From the NCBI GenBank assembly GCA_965240325.2, contig OZ251250.1, forward strand, positions 372,001 through 436,000: a stretch of DNA of 64,000 nucleotides. The letters are read 5' to 3'. The notes under the pieces are model-generated. The model was not told the origin of the DNA. It saw nothing but the letters and a program-made list of their open reading frames with translations, and did not search any database. Below are positions 59,383 through 64,000 of this stretch, in pieces. Source of the DNA: Rebecca billardiae RCC1528. Lineage: Eukaryota; Protista; Haptophyta. Both the position numbers and the translations under genes were made by a program. Positions within the stretch are counted from its first letter, which is position 1; each line of letters begins with the position of its first letter.

Positions 59383-61281
59383 TCATCGCCCCGTCGCGGC
59401 GTAGTCGCCTCCGATGGCGCTCGGCCTGATCGCGCCTGTCTGCTGGCCGAGCAGCGCGCGAATGCGGTCGAGGTTGGCCGCCGCGCTCGTGCCCGCGCCG
59501 CCCGCCGCCCGCGCGCCGCCCTGCGGCTGCGCCGCGCCGTGCTCTGCCGGGCGCGGCGCGTCGTCGGCGCCGTGCTTGGGCGGCGGCGCGCGCGGCGGGA
59601 GCGCGTCGCGTCGCGGCGGCGAGCGCTCGCGCCGCTGCCCGTACCCGCCGCCGTCGGCGCCCCAGCGCTCGGCGCCGCGCGGCGGCGAGCGCTCGGCGCC
59701 GTTGCGCCGCCAGCCGCCCGGCGCGTGGCGGTGCGGCGAGTCGGCGCGCGGCGGCGAGCGGCGGCGGTCGTACGGCGCCGCGCCCCCGCGCCCGTCGCGC
59801 CAGCGCGCGCCGCCGCCATGCTCGCGCGCGCCGCCGCGCTCGTGCTCCCGCCGCTCGGCGGCGGCAGCATGGCGACGAGGCGGGCTGCCGCCCTGCTGCC
59901 GGTACTCTCGCTCGCGCTCGGGCGGCGCGTCGGCCGCTCGGCTGCCCGCCGGGCGCCACGGCGGCGAGCGCGAGCGCGAGCGCGGCGAGCGCGGCCGGCG
60001 CGGCGCCCCGTCATGCGCGCCGCCCCTCTCGCGCGCGCCGCCGCCGCCGCCGCCGCCGCCCTCGGCGCGCGCGCCGCCGCCCTCCGCCGCCTCCTCCGCG
60101 TCCGCGTCCGCGCGCGCGTACGGCGCAATCGCCGCCTTCACCTCTCTCTCCACCTGGCCCGGGAGCCGGGGCAGCCGCGTGCCGCAGAAGTCGAGGGTGC
60201 GCAGCAGCGAGCGCGCGAGGTAGCCTGCGCCCGGCGCGTGGGGGGCGGGGAGAGGCGGGGCGGGGCGGGGCGCGCGGCCGGCGCGTGAGGCGGCGTGAGG
60301 CGGGGGCGCTGCTGCCGCTGCTGCTGCCGCCGCTGCTGCCGCCGCTGCCGCTGCTGCGCGGGCGCGGGGCGCGGGGCGCGGCGCGGGGGGCGGGCCTCCT
60401 CCGCGCAGAACGGCGCGGGCCACGCACCCCCGCCCCCCCTCGCGCGCGCGCGCGGAGGCGGTGGCGGGGTAGAGGCGCGTCGGCGCGCTCCGCGCCCGCA
60501 CCGATGCTCACGGCCGGCCTCCCGCCCCCGTGCAGCGGCAGCCCTTCCTCGTCGTCCAGCACCGGGGCGAACCACTCGAGCAGCTCCTCGGGCGGGCACA
60601 CGTACCGGAGGAGGTAGAGGGCGGTGGCGCGGATGAAGGGCGAGTCCGGGTGGTAGAGCATCCCTTTGAGCTGCCCGCGCGTCGGGCGCAGCGTCAGCGC
60701 CTTGAGCAGCAGCATGAACGCCGTCGTCGGCTTGCCCGCGTTCGAGACACCGCGGAGGCCGGAGCACATGCCGGACGCGCGCTGCGACTGGTGCGTGCCG
60801 TGCAGCCACGGCGTGCAGCCGATCTCGGGCTTCACGTCGTAGTAGATCTGGTCGAGGAGCTCCTCCCACGTCCGGATCGTCGAGAGCCCCTTGAAGTAGT
60901 CCGACGACCGAATGTTCTCCAGCAGCATCGCGTTCAGGTTGAACGACGCGTCCGAGCCTTTGTACGGGAGCATGTCGCGCTTGTGCGGGCCGGGCATCTC
61001 GGGCGGGACGAACTGCTGCGGCACGTTGCCGCCGTTCGGCGAGAGCAGCCGGTCCTCGTTCCGCCCGCTCGAGTACGTGTTGCGCTGCGCGCGCGGCAGC
61101 AGCAGAAGCACACCGGCCGGCCGGGCGCGCGCGCGAGCGCGAGCGCGCGCGCGCGCATGGCGGGGGGCAGGAGGAGCGTGGGCGCGGGGAGCGGCCGAGA
61201 CGCGCCGCGTGCAGTGCGCCGCGTGCGGGCGCCGCGGGCGCGCGCGGGCGAGCGTGCGCACGCGTGGCCACGCACCACCAT
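59383..61281 (-). CDS. PRPF38B: Pre-mRNA splicing factor 38B; proposed exons 61281-61276 (micro-exon), 61084-60502, 60224-59383
   Basis: [44 protein letters not shown]...[17 protein letters not shown], followed by an RS/RE-rich tail. The first exon is tentative. Confidence 0.88.
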
Positions 61282-61673
61282 CGCGACACGCCCCGCACGC
61301 ACGGTTCAAGCGCGCCCCTCGGCTGATGAGGCCGCGTCCAGACCGCTTGCTGCTGCTGCAGCAGTGCAGCTGTCCAGCTGAGCAGCGCGAACCTGGTATT
61401 ACTACCGAGTACTTTCCGCTCGTCACTGTACAGTGCGCTGGCTAACTACTGTACTACCAGTACGACCGGCCCGACATTGCTACTTTAACTAGTTGCATTA
61501 CGACTGTACTGTACCGGCGCCCGTGCACACTGTCGCCACTGTCGGTGTGACACACGACTGTCAGTGTCAGCACTCGGCTCAGGCACTCATCAGGCGGTCG
61601 GGCGGTAGTGTAGTCGCGACGGCAGGCGCCGCTTGCCGGGCGACCCCAACGTCCGGCCTGTCGTTCACTCTCG

Positions 61674-64000
61674 TCAGTGGACGGCGCCGCCGGCCGGTGC
61701 GGCGCCGTCCAGTGACGCCAGCGAGGCATTGCCAGTCTCAATGAGCACCTTGGCCATAACACAGCGCACCTCTTCGGTCGACAGGCTCGCTGCCGACGTG
61801 AGGGATCTCAACGGCGGCGTGAGGCAGCCCATGATCGCCTGGCGAGTGAGAACCCTGCGCGCCAGAGCAAGCGCGCGCTTGTGTGCGGGTGCCAACACTC
61901 TCAAAGTCATCGCCGGATATTTGAGGAGGTGCTTGTAGGGCTTGCTGCCTCCTGGAGCTCGCTGAGCAGCGCTCCTCAGCGCAGCGGTGAGAGCAAGCTT
62001 CTCAGCCTGCGCTGAGCAGACAGGCGCATCTGCCATGCCATGGGGGGAGCTGGCTGTCTGCCCCGCCAGTGTGCTGGAGGCCGAGCTGAGGAGGAGTCGC
62101 TCGACAGCTGCCTGCACGCGGTCGAGCTGTGCCTGGCCGGCCGCGATCTCGTGAGAGCGCGAGGCTTGCTGCAAGGGGATCAGCGCCTTCTTCCCGAGGG
62201 CCTCGATGAAAGGGAGCACATCCGGCTGCCCAGCGCCATGGCCGCTGCTGTCCGCTGCAAGCACGTCGAGCAGCCTCTCGCTGCTCTGCACCGAGCGCGT
62301 CTGAAAGCGCGTCGTGAGCGCCTTGGTCACCATGTTGCTCAGCGATCTCGTCTCCACGTGCAGCATGGCGGCATGGGCGTATGGCGCAGACAACGCCTCG
62401 CCAGCTGGGCACTCCCACGGATGACGCAGGTCGTGGCGCAGGTCGGACCGGATCTCGCCCAGGCGGTTGCCACCGCATTCGACACAGTGCGCAGGGGCTC
62501 CAGCTGGGCGATTGCGCAGCACGGGGTAGTGCACGTGCGCAAAGTCATCCAACTCCACCATGCGTGTCATGTACTTGACCGCCAAAGACGGTCCCAGGAA
62601 GGCGCTGTGATCACGCACTGCGGCGAGCAGCGTCAGCTCGCCACACGACGCCTCCAGGTGCTCAACCACCGCCCAGCGGAAGCCGATGGCAGACAGGCTG
62701 CACGCATGCCTGGCCTCTGCAGCCTGCACGTATGCTGCGACGGATGGCGTCTCCAGCGCGAGGAACTCATCCATGTCGCACAGCAGCACCCACTCTGCAT
62801 GGAGGCCCGTCACGTACTGACGGAACGCGTGCGGGAGCGCGTCTGGCTCCGTCTGGTTGCCCGCCGGTAGCAGCTCCACCGCTGGATTGTGTGCCACAGC
62901 CTGGTACGCGTCGGCGTCGCCGTCCTGCAGCAGGATGAGGATGCGATCAAAGCCCAGCCGGAGGTACCAGCTCACGAAGAATTCTGCGTAGGGAGCCTCT
63001 CCACTGGCGCGAGTGTAGACGACAAATCGCGGCGGCTGCGAGGTCGCATGGACCGACCACACGGCGTCGCCCTCCTCGGTGCCTCTGCTCAAGGACAGCC
63101 CGCACGCGTGCAGCCGGTGCGCCACCGGCAGCATGGCTGCCCACCACTGCATGTGGCCCAGCGCGCGCGGCTGCTTCCGCCAGCTCTGTGTGCTGTGCCT
63201 GCTGGGCCACGTCCTCCATGGCCTGTGCGGGCCATCCCAGTGCAGAATCCTGGCGAGCGTCGCGTTGCGCAGCGCCTCCTCCAGCTCGACGCCGCCCGGG
63301 ATGCGGTGCCCTTGCACGTAGCGGCTGTACTGGATCGGGTTGGCAAGCACGGACGGCTGGCCGAGCATGCCCATGTTCCAGGCAGGCTGCAAGGGGACGA
63401 TGGCGTTGGTGAGCAAGAGCTGGAGCTCTGTCTCCCCAGGCAGCTCGTACATGCGCTCATGCGCATCCATCGCGCGCAGCTTGCTCCACGCCTCGGGCAG
63501 CCACGGCGCGCTCTGCTGCCGGATGACGAGCACGCCGGTGTCCACAGCCCACAAGGGCAGCGCCGACGACGTCGTGCTGGCTGCGTGGCCATCCGCCTCC
63601 CACTCGCCTGGCACAGGGAGCAGCAGCTGCCGCACGAACGGGTGCTGCCCATGCAGACGCCCCGCAAGCCTGGCGGGCGGCAGCAGCGCGGCAGCCACCG
63701 CAGCTTCGCTCGAGTCCGCTGCCGATGGCAGGAGGCGGGCATGGAGCCTTGCAAGCCCTCGCCTCAGCCAGATCGTCGCCTCGAGCGGGATGCGCATGTC
63801 CAGGTCGTGCAGCTCGCCCAGGTCAGAGCGCACGACGGTGTCACAATTGAGCCAGATGAAGCGCGTGGCCTGCGGGTCGAAGGTAGAGACGTTGAAGAGG
63901 AACCGAGCCCATTTGTACGGGTTGGTCGGAGAAAGTGCACCAGTGCCGTCCTCGGCTGCTGGCCAAATCGTGGGCGTGAGCGCGCGGGGATCGAACCCGT
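61674..64000 (-). CDS. Two-domain glycosyltransferase (GT8-like plus GT92/GT2-like), 5' end beyond the window
   Basis: Frame is open to the window end. RFIWLNCDTVVRSDLGEL, WNMGMLG and ILHWDGPHRPW are GT8-like; FFVSWYLRLGFDRI and WVLLCDMDEFL are GT92/Glyco_tranf_2_4-like. Confidence 0.75.
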   Translation of the reverse strand, partial: GFDPRALTPTIWPAAEDGTGALSPTNPYKWARFLFNVSTFDPQATRFIWLNCDTVVRSDLGELHDLDMRIPLEATIWLRRGLARLHARLLPSAADSSEAAVAAALLPPARLAGRLHGQHPFVRQLLLPVPGEWEADGHAASTTSSALPLWAVDTGVLVIRQQSAPWLPEAWSKLRAMDAHERMYELPGETELQLLLTNAIVPLQPAWNMGMLGQPSVLANPIQYSRYVQGHRIPGGVELEEALRNATLARILHWDGPHRPWRTWPSRHSTQSWRKQPRALGHMQWWAAMLPVAHRLHACGLSLSRGTEEGDAVWSVHATSQPPRFVVYTRASGEAPYAEFFVSWYLRLGFDRILILLQDGDADAYQAVAHNPAVELLPAGNQTEPDALPHAFRQYVTGLHAEWVLLCDMDEFLALETPSVAAYVQAAEARHACSLSAIGFRWAVVEHLEASCGELTLLAAVRDHSAFLGPSLAVKYMTRMVELDDFAHVHYPVLRNRPAGAPAHCVECGGNRLGEIRSDLRHDLRHPWECPAGEALSAPYAHAAMLHVETRSLSNMVTKALTTRFQTRSVQSSERLLDVLAADSSGHGAGQPDVLPFIEALGKKALIPLQQASRSHEIAAGQAQLDRVQAAVERLLLSSASSTLAGQTASSPHGMADAPVCSAQAEKLALTAALRSAAQRAPGGSKPYKHLLKYPAMTLRVLAPAHKRALALARRVLTRQAIMGCLTPPLRSLTSAASLSTEEVRCVMAKVLIETGNASLASLDGAAPAGGAVH

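Overview
GC-rich, intron-containing eukaryotic nuclear DNA. It is most likely from a haptophyte alga such as a Pavlovales species; this is inferred from short (GC)n-rich introns, GC-AG splice sites, a bipartite plastid-targeting presequence and gene content. About 18 protein genes can be supported: a 7-exon callose/1,3-beta-glucan synthase with an N-terminal MIT-like domain, SLX4-like, RFWD3-type RING, a secreted Cys-rich protein, a sulfotransferase, SEC14, DDX47/RRP3, DUF547, TRAIP-like, phosphoglycolate phosphatase, a CaMK-type kinase, TBCB, a V-ATPase proteolipid, a PP1-docking membrane protein, a BART-START fusion, a giant extensin/GCTD-repeat surface protein, PRP38B and a 5'-truncated GT8+GT92-like glycosyltransferase. 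Mobile and repeat DNA comprises a TIR/TSD element, a gag-only Copia-like LTR element joined to a tandem unit carrying a perfect 96-bp palindrome, a tandem Helentron-like array and (TA)n-bounded duplications. The most notable observations are the proteolipid lacking its proton-carrying Glu, the LTR-palindrome composite inside one apparent target-site duplication, several unusual domain fusions, and intergenic patches that read as CpG-to-TpA converted sequence. Exon boundaries were deduced by eye and all family assignments come from motif recognition, not database searches.
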